Source: Ascidiella aspersa
Taxonomy: Eukaryota
Reading direction: 5' to 3'
Assembly (NCBI GenBank): GCA_963924565.1
Contig: OZ004613.1
Location: forward strand, 13,888,001 to 13,952,000
DNA: 64,000 nucleotides
Shown: one piece after another, positions 12,767-27,300 of the stretch
Position numbering within the stretch: position 1 is the first letter of the stretch
Layout of the letters: the number at the start of each line of letters is the position of its first letter
Notes under the pieces: model-generated
What the model saw: only the letters and a program-made list of their open reading frames with translations
What the model was told of the DNA's origin: nothing
Databases searched by the model: none
Position numbers and translations under genes: made by a program

Positions 12767-15700
12767 ATGCAAGGCGCCACACGGTACATCCCGAGGCGCT
12801 ACCGGTCGCTGGTCATTCGCTGCGCCCTCAGCTGCCTGGCTCTCATTCTACTCTACGCGATGCTCTCGGGTGAACAGTCGTCCACTGGCGCCGGACGCAG
12901 CGACGACATGCTCTTCCAGTTCGAGCAGGAGCATCGCGTCGGCGGCGAGGCGGCGAGAGAGGCGGTCTATGATGACCCCGACGCTCTGGATCGGCAGGCG
13001 CTTGCGCCCGGACGCCATCTGGCGGACGAGGAGATGCTTGAGCGGGAACAGGTCGGCGGCAACTTCTCGGCAAAGGCCGAAGCTCTGCTAAAAGAGGGGG
13101 TAATATAGAGTTTAATTTTCTTTTACCAGTACTGCTTTTTACTGTTGAATTATTTATCTAAGTGGACATTAATTCAATCGATTAGCAATTCTTGTGTTTT
13201 AGGTTGCCTATCGGTTTCTTATAGTGTAAAGTTATTTTAGACTGCTAATAGCGCAGCCGAATAACTATAGTCTTTTTAGTGAGATTCGTGTGATAACTAT
13301 AGTTATTTTTTATATAAATTGTCAAATGAATGCTACGGAAACAACGGCGCCGTGAAATGAACAACTTTATTGTCCGATTTTGCTGTCACTCGAAAAATTA
13401 AATATAAACATTTGGTAAAAGCAGTGGTCGCCACAACGTCATGCATACGAATTACACAGTGAAAATTTTCTGTAGAATAACATAAAACACTCCACCAACA
13501 ATATGTTAGATTTGAGCAGGGTAATAATAAAAAGCTACTTGGAGTAAGACTAGTTTGCTAAATATTTTTTTAGAATGACGTGTTAGTCCCACATTCTCCA
13601 GTTTGGTCAAGAAATAATCTTCATTTTTTGATCCAAGTCGATTAGCGCAACTGATTTTACCGCGGTACACTATACTCTAAGTCTAAGGCAGTGGTTCTCA
13701 ACCGGGGTGCCGCGGCGCCCTGGTGTGCAATTTCTAATGCTCAAGGGTGTCGATAAGTATTTGAGAAATTTTAAAAATCTGATTTTTGCTCAGTTGGTAA
13801 ACTTCTTGATACAACTATTTGTGTACGATTAGAATCCATTACATCAAATGACAGTTTCCTGCATGTTTTAGGTTGATTATGTTATCTCAGTTCCATTCAT
13901 AGTGACATTTTAGTAAAATACTCTACGAAAATTCTGAGAATCACTGCTCTAAGGAGTACAGCTCTTATCACTGTCACGCAAATAAGTATAAATCCATTTC
14001 GTGTTCTCCAGGTTTACGAATACTTCACGGAGGACGAGCTAAGGCCCTGGTTCGAGAAGCCCGAACCGGAACCGAACGGACCAGGGGAGTACGGGCGTGC
14101 GGTGAGGGTGACCGACACCGACCCCGAGGTTAAGAAAGCGGTCAAGGCCGGCTGGGACAAGCACGCCTTTAACCATTACGTTTGCGACAAGATCTCGGTG
14201 CACAGAACCATCGGCGATAAAAGAGACAGAGAGTAAGGCTCAGTAGTGAAGACTTTGTTTTTTTAATCAACTCCGGGATTACTGAGCTGAGTTGAAAAGT
14301 AGGATTTTTAGCGCTGTACGATAAGAAAGCAAAGTGGTTTGCTGTAACCCAACTGTGGAAAGTTAGCATTGCAACGCATTTTGATCAGTTTAAAACAATA
14401 AACATTAAGTGCGTTCAAATTACGGTATTAACAGTAGAAAGCAGTGGTTCCAACCTTTATCGCGGCGAATCGCAAAATAGAAGACAGGTTAATAGCATAA
14501 ACAAATTCGAATTTAATTATTTTGAGTCATTTCTTCGTATTTCCCATACGTTAAGAGACACGGGCTTACACAGTGGAATAACCTTTAAATTACATTAAAA
14601 GTATAAACAATCAAATGAATAAATACTATTGTTTGCTTTACCTTAAGGCTTAAGCAGTCAACTATAGCATTTCAACGAAGTATAAAATTAACCGTTATAG
14701 AGGCAGTGTTTACTCTACTTTGTTGTTTTATTTTGTGTTCGCCATGTTAAACAAACACACGCTCAAACGGATCTTTGGCCTGAATTAAAGCCGCGAACGT
14801 TTAGATGCAAAGAGCGAAAATGGCGAAAGCCTGCCCCCGACACCTCGGTGATTATTATCTTCCACAACGAGGCGTGGTGCGCCCTCTTGAGGACCGTGCA
14901 CAGCGTGTTGGAGACCTCCCCCGAAGTTTTACTCAAGGAAATCATTCTCGTTGACGACGCAAGCACATTCGGTAATGAGATTTAGTTTACATTATATGCC
15001 AGCAGAAGAGTAAAATGTGTAATTTTTCACTAAACCGTTTGAGAATGAAGAGAAGGATTTGGACGAGGGGTTGTTAAACTGGGGTCTATCGACTCCTCCG
15101 TGAACTAGTTTTAGGGGGTCCATTAAAGCCCAAGTGAAATATGAGTGTATATTTAGGAAATAATAAATAAAAACAAATAGGTTAACTAAAATAAAACGGT
15201 TTTGCAATGAATGTATTAAGACTCCATTTCACTTTCACATTTTTGGACCGAAATCAGCAGATTTATGAAATCGTTTTGTGTTGTGACGTAAATTTGTGAC
15301 GTCATCTCCGAAAATTTATTGCCTACCGTGGTCCACGCAAGGCAAAAAAAACTTTTAGGTATCCGCGTTAAAAAAAGTTTAAGAACCTCTGATTTAGACG
15401 GCGCAATATGTATCCTAATAGCTTAATATGTTAATATTTCCAATAATAGCTGCCGTTAAACGACAATTTGAAGCCGATGATAAATAGAAATAGTAATCAA
15501 AAATCTCATTTCGAGCTTGGTGAAAAACTCAGTCTTTGTATTTTTTAATGTACATTTGTTTAATGTAAAGGTTAAACGAGGTTGTGATGTGCGTTACGTG
15601 GAGTTTATCCCAAACTAATTAAATATTTATGAAAATACTTTGGCCCGTTGGTTCTAAAAATAATCGACAATAATCGATCGCGAATAAAGTAATTTCTTTT

Positions 15701-18700
15701 AAGTGCATATATATCGACATCATAGTGGCCCAGACAGCAATGAATAATTTATTTAATAATCTTGAAGCCGTTGGCCTTTATCTGCTGCGTTAAGGTAATT
15801 ATGTCATTTGCGGTCAAATCAAAGACAGAAAACCCTCTTTTCTTTGTATATATAATTTTCAGCGGTTTATTTTTTACCTAAAAAATGGGGTTTCGTAGAG
15901 ATGTAAATAGGTAAAACAGATCACCCTCAAACTGGCAAGATCTATACTATTATTTTCACTCTAATTAATTCTTGTTGTTTTTTCCTTGTGACTGTTACGT
16001 TTCACGTACAACAATTAACATCTTTCCATACTGTTGAGTAGAAGATCTCGGCCTGCAGCTGGACGAATACGTCAAGAAGCTGAAAGTTGTCAAGATCGTG
16101 CGACTGCCGGAGAGATCTGGTTTGATCCGGGCCCGATTGGCCGGCGCCGAGGCCGCAACCGGCCAAGTGCTCACCTTCCTCGACTCGCATTGTAAGCCCC
16201 TCGAAAGCAAACGCCAGTTTAGCCTCTTATCAGTGTTGTAAACAAGTCATTTTGAAATGGTCCCAGTCAAATGATTAGTGAAATACTCAAGTCAATGTCT
16301 GGTCTTTTAAAACACAGCAAGTAAAGTCCCAGTCCAAGTCAATTTTAGAGAAACTCCATGTCAAATCACTAATATCAATGTAAAACTATAAACTATTAAA
16401 AATAGGTAAACTCGTCCAATTATGAGCAATAAATCGTCAAAAAACATCTAAAAAGCAAAATGTAGCCATCTAATTGTTTCAAGTGCAAAACTTGAGATAA
16501 ATAGCTAAATTTTAAGAAAACATTTATTTTTAACCAAAGTCCTTTGACTTAATGATTTAAGTCAAGTCATAACACTGCCTTTTATTGCTGAAGTAGTGCT
16601 CGTTTTGCGTTGAAACGAATCATTTTCCATCGGCAAGGAAAAGCCCTTTAATATCTAAATTGTTATTTTGTACACATTTCGAACAAATATAGGAATCCGC
16701 GTCAATCAGCAACCAACCCCGTTTTAGACTTGTCGTGTTAAGTTAGGAATAATCCGCCGCCAACAGAAAGTGATATACATTTATAATAATCGTGTTAGAT
16801 TATGACTATAATTGAATTGAGACCCTTTTGTATTGATCTGTATTCCACTTTTAGACACCTTTTATTTATGCACAATTTCACTAAAAGACGAATTCGTATC
16901 TGTCAGCAAAAGGATTTAGTGATTTGATATTAAAGTAACGCGCAATAGGCTGCAAAATTTTAATAGTCTCTTAATTTTTAATAGTCCTCTTTTAACTTGA
17001 AGCGAGTTCGACTCAGTAACAGAATTAGTCCAGTCTTGTGATATATTTAATGATAGGGCTCCTCGGCTAATTGAACGTGTTTTTAATTACAAATTGTGGA
17101 TAACTTGTCCTCCTCGTGTTTTTTATTAATTTACCTTGTGGCTTTGCGAAGGCGAATGCGCCCCTCACTGGCTAGAGCCCCTGCTAGAACGGATTGCTGA
17201 AGATCCGACCAGAGTTGTTTGTCCCGTCATAGAGGTTATTGACTCGACTACATTTGCGATGAGTCTCACTACTGCCAGGTATTTCATTCATTTTGAAATT
17301 ACATAAAAAGCAAACTCGATTTCAAATGCTATGTATTTGATTTGGTTTATATTATTACATTGTTTGGGTATTAAATGAAACAGTATAAGGTTTTCAGTTG
17401 ATGTTTGGTAAGGGGGTCATATGGATAATTTTATTTAGTGATGCGGTCGGTGTTGGTGCGTAAAACAGTGTAGTGCGTCAGTAAAATTCTATAGATACCA
17501 ATGTTAGTATTTGCAAAAATAACCTACCGGATATTTTTCCAAACTGTAGTGACAATCATACCTTTCCAATCGCTCTCGTATTTTTGCCTTTTTACCAATT
17601 GCTTTCGGCTAGGTAAGCAATGTTTCCGTTTTCAACATCTAATCTTCAACCTAGCAAGCCGCACATGTAAACATGTCGGTTGTAGTTTGTCGCTGATTAA
17701 CACCCCTTTTCTGCCGAAATAAGGTCTGTGCAGCGGGGCATCTTGGGGTGGAATCTGCATTTCAACTGGGGACCCCAAGTGCCCACGCTCGGGGAAAGAC
17801 CCCGCAACGACCAGGCCATACCCTCGCCCACCATGGCCGGCGGTCTCTTTGCCATGCACAAGAAGTACTTCGAATATTTGGGAACATACGACCCCGACAT
17901 GTTGGTATGGGGAGGAGAAAACATCGAGATGTCGCTGAGAGTAAGTTTTTCCATTTTTTGTCTGACATGTGGTTATTAGTCGCCAGAAATACAAAGATAA
18001 AATTCATCTGCGGATAGAGGCAGTTGCACGTAAATGAAAAACAAGGTGCCACCAAAAAGGCGAACTATTAAAATAAAAAAATATAGAAACAAAAACAAGA
18101 ATAATACTATAATAAAAGCAAGCCAATGTAACAATAAATAGCAAGTGTAATTGGCCTGTAATGTTTACATCTCTGTTAATATATCACATTAGGATTAGAC
18201 ATATGCTAAATAAATCTTGTCTGTAACCATAATAAGCAGAGTTATGTGAATTATTATTTAATAAATTTGACAAACTTAATTGATCTTTTAGCAACGCGTC
18301 CCGATTTGCAGTATCACATGTATAACCTAAATTTCAGTATTATTTAGAAATTATGCAATTCATTGAAAGTATTTTTTTTTCTTCGAACGACATAAGACCT
18401 AAATCAATTCAAATAGAAAAACTTTTGTAGATCAAAACGAATAGTGTTGCAGAGCAAAACATATCGGGCATTATTTTGCAATGATAAAAGTATATTTTTT
18501 TTCAGATTTGGACGTGTGGAGGTACTTTGGAAATTCAACCTTGCTCGCACGTGGGTCACGTGTTCCGAAGCAGGGCCCCATACAGTCACCCCGGGGGTAG
18601 CTCGGTGATTACCCGAAACAACAAGCGGGTGGCGGAGGTCTGGCTCGACGAGTACAAGGAGCAGTTTTACAAGCGAGTACCCTCCGCTAGAACGGTAAGT

Positions 18701-21161
18701 TAATTTACTTGTTGTCGCAGGAAGTAGGGGGTTTTAACAATATAAGGAAAATAAACTTTTGTAAAGATTTATCACGCTTAGATGTAGATTATTTGCACAA
18801 GTTGTTTACTGTTTACATCTATGTCCGGTAAACACTCCTTATATGAAGTAAGACCATGAGTAAAATTCAAAAGCGGATAGTGGCTTGAGATGATCATATT
18901 GCTGTTTCAGGGAATATATATAGTTGTTAATGGTAGTGGTGTGCTAAATTTTCAACTCCAGTTACATTTTCAGTTTGCTGCCTGGCCAACATCGTTTGTT
19001 TTAATCAAATAATTGAGGATCCTTTTTAAAAATCACGAAACGAAAAGGTAGTTTATAATAATTGCTTTACAGGCTCTCGCAATAAAGTAAGTATAGGATA
19101 CTTGTGCAAATTACTTACAATACAACACACAAGCCCTTAAATAATTTATGAATATTAAACATTAGTAACATGATGATGCCTTTCTGGTGGGTAAGTAGTT
19201 AAGAATTATTAAGATGTTGTGCGGACCCTTAAAACTTCCGCACTGAGTCCATGTCGCAAGCGTAACTCAAGTTTGAGAATCATAGTTTAGACTAGAGCTT
19301 TTCTCAGCCGTCTTCATTTTCGAATTAGAACAATTATTTGTCCAAACCTTTTATAACACGAATCAAAAAGAGTTGTTAATTATTTAGATTGACGCCGGTG
19401 ACACGTCGCTAAGGAAAAAGCTTAGAGTCGACCTAAAATGTCACAGTTTTAATTGGTACCTCACGAACATTTATCCGGACCTGTACGCTACTCCAAGAGA
19501 AGATATAATCTTGTCTGGCGAGGTAAGCACTGGTTTAAGCATTATAATATCCTTTGTAAAATGTGATATCTTTACTGTTTCCAGAAGAATTTATTCTTTT
19601 GTACTTCATGGTATTTTATTCGAAAAAAAAGTTATATATTTTATTAGCCAATTTTTGTGTTTTTAATCTTTAATGTTCGCAAAGGTTTATGTGGCACACG
19701 ATGTTAATAAAAAAATAAAATAAGGTGGCTCACGGTGGGCGATTAACGATTTTATCGAAAGCTAATAAGGCAGAAGAAATAAAAAAATCCAAACATCGAC
19801 AATTGTTCATTATATTTTTCAGTGGCACAATGGCGACAAAAACGGCAAATTTTGCTTGGACTCGGCTAATCCTGATGGAAAGACTGGCGTAAGGGCCAAC
19901 ATGTACGTTTGTCACGGCATGGGAGTAAACCAGGTAAGTGTGATTTAAAAACCATTGTATTGTTTTTCTGCAGCTGAAGGTCGTTATCATAATTTGTCAC
20001 AGTACCTATGTTTAACACTGTAAGCTTAACAAGCACAGTTGTGTGAATATTTGTCAATTTTGCGAATTGCAATTATCTTTTAAAATGCCTCGTGATTTGC
20101 AGTATGGTATCTAAGGCCTAAAACTATTGACAGAATATCGTCCGAGATCAAAATTGCCTAGCCAACAATACCTTTACAAGATTAAACAGCGTTACAAGTA
20201 CAGCCGAATGTATATATATGTCCTTAATATAATCCATAGAACACAAGGAACTGAGAATTTGCAGTGAGTTATTAATTGGGTTATAAACCTTAGGTCCTTG
20301 ACAATATTAGAGATATTTTTATAGCGCGTGTTGTACTCAAAGCTATACTTACCTTTTTCCGAAATAGGACTTTATATACACGCGGCAAAAGGAGATTCGG
20401 CACAACTTCGTCAACGAGCTTTGCATGGAACCCAACGGTGACTACCTGGTTGCCAACCACTGCGTCTATCCAAAAGGACCGGTTCCAGCACAACAGCAAT
20501 GGGAAATACTGCCGGTAAACATGCGGACTAGAGTAGACCTGATTGATGCAAGTGTATCTCACTTTTGTTTATGTTCTGAGGAGACAACGAATTTCCTGAA
20601 TTGCGCTTTTCATCCAAGGAGAGACTTACCGGTTTCCGAGTTGCTTGGTGGCTGGCACCTGTTTTCCATATATATTTATTTTGCGCAAATTACATTTTTA
20701 ACAGAAACTAGATTGTTACTTAAGCTTTAGCATCAGGAAATAAAATCGTGATGTCAATCTCAGCAGTCGCGTTCGTATTGTACATAATCGGTGTTGTAAT
20801 GACCTAAATGTAAAGAAAAATCCCTCTCAATTTTTAGATAAGTCACTTTTGACTTCACATATCTTTTCTGCTTATCGAACGCTAAAAATCAGACCGCAAA
20901 TTTAATGGTTTAACACTTTATTTTAATGTAAATAACCGTTTTTAAACTTGACAATACTTTAACATTTTCAAAAATTGTAAGTTTTGCTTGTTTAGAGCAC
21001 TCTAAAAAACGCATGCATTCTGACAGGACGGCCATGTGAAACACAAGCTAGCTGACAAGTGCGTGGTGGCGATCGACACCTTGGTGGCCATGCAGCCGTG
21101 CCTTGACCGGCCTTCGCATAAGTGGACCATAAAGCCGATCAACGGACAGCAACAAGCCTGA
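12767..21161 (+). CDS. GALNT: Polypeptide N-acetylgalactosaminyltransferase (GT27 + ricin-B lectin), isoform/copy A, ~643 aa, 11 coding exons
   Basis: Exons 12767-13099, 14012-14232, 14805-14971, 16042-16191, 17152-17278, 17724-17940, 18506-18694, 19388-19522, 19823-19933, 20368-20514, 21027-21161. All introns are GT-AG, phases are consistent, and the total is 1932 nt. The protein has an N-terminal TM anchor ([19 protein letters not shown]), [47 protein letters not shown] (DxH), [28 protein letters not shown], and lectin repeats ([15 protein letters not shown]). The specific orthologue cannot be assigned. Confidence 0.95.
13689..13946. mobile_element. hAT (Charlie-like) MITE in GALNT intron
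   Basis: TIRs CAGTGGTTCTCA / TGAGAATCACTG; 8-bp TSD GTCTAAGG / CTCTAAGG. Confidence 0.75.
15065..15391. mobile_element. hAT-type MITE in GALNT intron
   Basis: TIR-like GAGGGGTTGTTAAACT / AGTTTAAGAACCTCTG; TSD ATTTGGAC / ATTTAGAC. Confidence 0.65.
16231..16577. mobile_element. AAGTC-repeat MITE family member
   Basis: Ends CAGTGTT / AACACTG, TSD CCTCTTAT / CCTTTTAT, many internal (C)AAGTC(A) motifs. Related copies lie near 10480-10640, 34351-34802, 37330-37470, 39120-39456, 40490-40670 and 42190-42300. Confidence 0.7.
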
Positions 21162-22867
21162 GAGGCGGGAACAGAATCGCGCGGAGCTGTGACAATTAGA
21201 AAAAAGTTAGATGGGCCTTCGTCCCGAGGAAAACGCAAGTCTCCTACCTGCGCTGCAACGTAAAGCGTAGAGGCTTGCGGTAGAGCGTCGGAAACGCAGG
21301 CTTGCTGGCGCAGCACAACCCGATGAACGAATCTTGAGACGATTTTCGTACCTGCGCTTTCACGTACTCCTTTACTATTTATTAGCGTCTGCGATTTTTC
21401 AATATCAAGTCTCGCTTTTAGTAAAACAGTAGTTCAGTTGGGCGCTAAGATTACTAGTATCTCGCTGGCAGTATTTGTTATACCTATATAATTTAGCAGT
21501 AAATTTTATGTAATTAAATAAAATAATTTGTGTGAATGCTGCGCAGTGAGTCTGGTCATTCAAGTGTTGTTGATTCGTAATTGATTTTAGGGTTCAACTT
21601 TATGATTTTCAAAGAGATGTATTTATGTCCAAGAAGTGCTTCATGGGGGTAACAATTCTAAAAACGATAAGGGCTACTGGACTAGGTTAATAGGTATGCC
21701 CACACAAACGTTTACCCATCATTTGGTATTATCTCGAAGAAAGGTAATTAGGCCCGACGGACATACTAATTTCTAATCACATTTTTAGACCGTCTTGCAC
21801 TATTCTCACACTTCAGTAGAAAATTGCCTTTGTATTGCATTTTATTTTGCACGCAACATACATTTAGCGAAGCGAAAAACTATACACAATTCCATGTGCA
21901 GCTATAGTTTTATCGTAATACATTCGTTAATTTATAATTCAATTATGTTAATCTGAAATTCATAAATTATATCTACATTGATCGTTACATATGTTTGTCT
22001 CGCAACACTTTGCGAAATGCACCGTGTGGTGTAAAATGCTTCACTTCAATTATTATTTAAGTTATGTTCTGTGATTTATCGTTGTTTTCTCCACGAGTGT
22101 TTTTTATTGTGCTGGATTTTGTTTTTTATCAGATCTCTGTTACTGTACGCGTAATGTAGCGTTTAGTGTGCTGAAAGCAGTGAAGCTATATTTATTTTTT
22201 TTTATTCACATGACCACATTTTATGTACTGCGCCCTGCTATTAGTAGTAGTATTTTAGAGACTCCATACTACTTTTAAAATGTTTAGACATGTAAACCAG
22301 ACACTGAAAATTAACATGGTCGTAACCACAAATTTATTTCGGTTACAAAATAGACAAAGCAAAACGCAGTAAAACTCAAGTTACATTCATTCATCAAACA
22401 TCTGTTCGTCCCCTTCTACATTGTTTTACTTAAAAAAATCCATTCATAATGTTTTCGTGACCATACGTTTCGGGTGCAATATTTGGCAATTTCTTAAGCT
22501 ATTTATTGTTTTTCTTTCTTTAGATCGCTCGTTTTATTTTACTCGTTGCTAGATTTAGAAGCAAAAATAACTTTGAAAAAATATATCATTGTTTTGCTGA
22601 GTTAGACCTTACCATTTACATTTTCATGAAATTTAAGTTTTTCTTGAAAGTGCGTATTGTAGTTTACTTTAGTTACACTTTTTGAAGGTAACATTTTACA
22701 GCAATGTAAATATGTTAAGGAGGTGGAAAAACTCAGTTTAGTCGCGGTATTTGACTAATCTGAATATATCAAAGATGTTTCAGTTTGCAATTAACATTAT
22801 TTAGGTACTACTTTTGAGTGGTATTAGAATTATATGTGTCAAGTAGGACGGTTGGTTTACCTATGAG

Positions 22868-24098
22868 CATTGGCGCCCGCACGGGGGGGCAAGGGCTTGC
22901 CCCCCCTGGATTTTAAAATGCGATTATTAGTATTATTTATAACGGTAATATGTATTACTTATGAAGGTTAAAAATATTATACATTATCCATTGCCCCAGT
23001 GGCGTATCCAGGGGGGGCGGGAGTTCTTACCCCCTTTTTGTAAGTGATATTATCGTTTTTTGTTCGTTGTTTCTCATGGTTTAACAAACTGTTCGAAGCG
23101 GCCTGCTTTTTAAGGTTACACGTCCTAATCTAATGCGAAACCAAAATCGAGCGCAAAACGCCGTTTTTTGTCTTTTGTTTGGTCAACCGTAAACGCTAGA
23201 TAGTTATTCTCTTTCGTTATTTGTTTAGGTTGAATGATTAGTAAGTGTATATTCGACAATTGTCAACGCTAAGTCAAACCTTCTTTCTTTTTTTCTCTCT
23301 GAAAAACGTCGAGTTATACGCAGTATGTTCCTCGCTGTTCGGTCTCTGTGCTAATATCCGATGTTGGTCGACATTTGTTTAACTACATCGACATTTGTTT
23401 AACTGAAGCAGATTTTTAAAATGAGGTATAATGGTGACTGTCGTGCGCGTTTCAAAGTCTCCATTTCTAAGTAATGATAGTTAACGCAAAATTACGCTCT
23501 TTAAGCATACTTAAAGACCACGTGCTAAGTGTGCAATGGACAAAACTTATTTTCCCGCAAACGCAGCTTGTAATTTAGCTGACTTGGCACACAGCTCGGC
23601 GCAGATGTTGCGCTAATCGTGGCATAATAACACCCGGAAAATACGATCTTAGTTTTGTATTGCAGGTGGTGAAAGACGTGCTTGTAATTTAGCGCTCGTT
23701 CCCTTCATGGAACTTGAAAACTGCGCTGCTGATAGTCGAATTATGTGTGATTCTACTACAATTAATCACACATATTTTACGGTCTTAGTTTTTTTTTTTT
23801 GCTTAATGTTAACGATTGCACACCGTGATTTCGCAGCTGGCGCCTGCCAGGAATGTCGACGACGCAGGTGACGCTTTTGCTGGACGTATTTGGCTGTTTC
23901 TGATTAGTTTTGTTATCACGTCTTGCAATCACCATTCTACGACGTCATACTGTCACTGTTTTATGACGTGATTATTCATTAACGTCAGACGAAAAATAAG
24001 GGAATTCCCTAAGTTGAAAATTCAGGACCACCCCGTTTTGATTTTCTGGTTACGCCCCTGATTTCCCCCTCCTGGAAAATTTTCTGCGGGCGCCCCTG
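22868..24098. mobile_element. hAT-type MITE with nested second element (22997-24060)
   Basis: Outer TIRs CATTGGCGCCCGCA / TGCGGGCGCCCCTG with perfect TSD CCTATGAG. Inner TIRs CAGTGGCGTATCCAG / CTGGTTACGCCCCTG with approximate TSD ATTGCCCC / ATTTCCCC. Confidence 0.85.
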
Positions 24099-24329
24099 CC
24101 TATGAGGCAATATCGCTAATCTATTTTAATGGGACCGAAGCTAACATGAGCCTTTTGAATAACCAACAGCCTTTGAATGCAACTCGGTTTGCAGGCTTGC
24201 ATAAAGCGACTAGGTGTATTGGACTAAATTTTGTGACTTTAAACAAAATTTATATAACAAAAAATACTTCTGCCTGCTCCACGCCTGGATATGGGCGAAT
24301 GGCGTCCTGAAATTATATTTTGCATACAG

Positions 24330-27300
24330 GCACGTTCCGCAAGGCGCCTTTGGCTGGGGATTGGAATTTCACTGGGCCACGCAACCCGACAACAAAGGAA
24401 TGGCTATACAGACCAAAACGAAAGACGAACCATTCACGTAAGTTAGTGCAGTGATTGTCAACCTTTTTCGGTATGGTACACCCGTTTTACTATTCCTCAA
24501 AACTTATACACCCCAGTCTATGCAATACACCGAATCTGTAGTAATCCTAATCGGAATAAGGATAAGCAGGGCTGCAAGTATAGGAAATCTGTAGCATAGC
24601 TTTATATAAATACAAAATCATCAGTCACTTAATGCGAGCGGTGCTTTTAAACTTTTTCTGTCAGTGGTGCGAACCGAGGCAGTTTTAGCCTTAATTGTTT
24701 CCATTGCTCCTTTCATAAGCGTATAAACATCCTTAATAGAATTTCTTTTTTGGTTTTAATTTCAACAAGAGCAGAAACTCTTTGCTCGCAAAGTTATGTC
24801 GTGGGCATGCGAACAAGGATGGAAATCGCTTTTTCATTCAGAATCCGGTATTTAGGAATGTTGAGAAGCGATACCCAAATTTCCTCCCGATCTGTGTAGC
24901 AAAAAGGTCTAGGACAATTAGGGGATCCAAGGGCAGAATAGTCTGACTTTTAAACCTTGAGATCATGGCAATGCACTAATTGGACCTTTAGGTAAATTCC
25001 CGGCATATATAAATTGAAAATATTTGCTGAAAGTTCACAAAAGTTAAAAAAATGTGAAAATTAATAATACTTGACCTACCTGAACCTAAACGCTAACCCG
25101 AATCCTAACCCAAATAATGTGCGTTATTATTTGAACGCTAGAGAAAAAGCCCAAACTCTGGTGGGCATAAGATCATTTTTCGTCCGGGGTATATCGAATT
25201 GTTACTTCACACATTGATGCATTGGGACCTAAAGCGTTTATGTAATGATTAAATCAACGCACACTATTTGAGTTAGGGTGCTGGTTATCGTTTGGGTTCG
25301 GGTGGGTCAAGTATTATTGCATTGTTGAAAGACCTGAAAGTTATTGCATTGTTGAAGACCTTAAAGTCTAAAAGTCAGACTTTTGATACTTTGGATGCCC
25401 TAAATGTCGTAGACCTTTTTGCTTGAAACTGCACTAATTTCTAACGGATCGGGTGAAAATTCAGGATTAGTTATTAAACTGTTTAAACTCTGCCTTTTAA
25501 ACCAAATATGATCGTAGTTCAATAAGTTCACTGGTTAAGTAGCCCAAGTTACTCTTCAACATGCGGGCCACGGAATCAAAATATGTGATCCGCGGTGCGC
25601 TTTGTTTTTTTGCCAGCACCACAAACATTCAGTTGCAGGCTTTTGAAATTGCTTCAGGGCATCGTTGATTTGTTGTAACTATATTTTGCTCTAACTAAGT
25701 GTCACAAACGTTTAATATGGATATCATTAAGTTACTATTTTGTGCTGGCAAACCATAAACGTGTACAGCAAAATCTGCAGATGCTTACTTTACCATCGTT
25801 TACGTCGTTTATGTCGAATAGCCACAAAGTCACGTCAAAACAACAGGTTACTACAGGTCAAACTGGTCGCACGATATTATAATATAATAGGAATATTACC
25901 TCACAACGGTCAGTGAGAGGCGGCAAAGTAACGCAACTACTATCAGATAGCTATTTCTTCGGCATACGGTTGAAAAGCACTGAGTTATTGAACAAAATAT
26001 AGGTAACAACAATTATAATGTGGAAGGTCCTATGCATTTTGTTGAATGAAAAATGAATAAATACAGTTGATTTGGTAATGGGTAAAAAACGAAAAAACTT
26101 TTATAGACTGCAGTAAATACAGAGCAACTTATGATGGCCTATAGCGCAATACAACTTTGAAAAACGGTTATTTTGATGTTATAAAGCAGCGCTTCTTAAT
26201 AGGTGCGTAATGGAACATGGCCATTTGTGTGCCGCAGAAAAAAAAACTGAAATAACTAGAGCTCGCATTGGTCGCTAGGTGTGCCACCAGGTTTGTAGGT
26301 GCGCTGGGAGGAAAAATAAGAAACAATGTTTTAAAGTGACCCAAACTCCGCAGTAGACCTTATGTTTGCCCCACTTACCTTCTAGTTAGAGAATGACTAG
26401 TCGTGAGTTGAACTAAGGACGCCAGGTAAGCGATTCCGAATATTTATCGATGTAACAACACTTATTTTAGATCTAATGGAAACGTCAGACAGCCAGTTAA
26501 ACGGTGGGTTTGTAACAAAACTTATGGCCTTTTATAGAACCCCTGTGATGGCTGGACCAGTGTTTGCCATCGACCAAGAGTACTTCTTCAAGATAGGAGC
26601 CTACGACACTGAAATGGATGGAATAGGTTCGGAAAATCTCGAGCTGTCTTTTAGGGTAAGACTAACATACAAGCTAAACATAATGGAGCCCGATTAGGTC
26701 AATAAAAAATCTTACTAGAATATTGAAAAATTCACGATAATAAAAACGTATAACTAGACATTACAAAAGTAATTAAAACTAATTCCAAAAAAGGCCACTA
26801 AAAACAGCCAAGATCTAATATTCCTAAAATGCAGTTGATTATGCGCTGACAGATCTGGATGTGTGGTGGAACAATAGAGATCAATCCTTGCTCACGGGTC
26901 GGACACATTGGGAGGCGCAGGAAGCAATACACGCAGGAAAAAGAGGCAGAGGCTGTCCTCCGGAACAAGATGAGGGTAGCCTTCCTTTGGATGGACGATT
27001 ACAAGTGGATGTTCTTTAGGAGAACCCTGAAGGTTTCACAATATATGCGTATATCATTGCCATTTACGTTTGAAACAAACTTAGAAATTTTTTAACAATA
27101 ATTATTGTTAGCTGTGGTGGCCACTGATCTTCGTAATTCAAACCGAACTAGAAGAACAACTAAACCCTTATATCTATTAGAATTTAGTTATTTAGTTGGC
27201 TTATAGAGGCAAATAAATGTGGCCAGTATAACGTAAATCAATAACTGCATACGGTCAAATAAGTACATATAAAAGTTTGTGAATCTGTTTTTTACCACAT

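Noticed and set aside
24438-26537. B-specific intron created by the transposon insertion (introner-like)
   Set aside because: The element (24449-25982) lies wholly inside the intron, which continues ~550 bp further; the splice sites are not formed by its ends.
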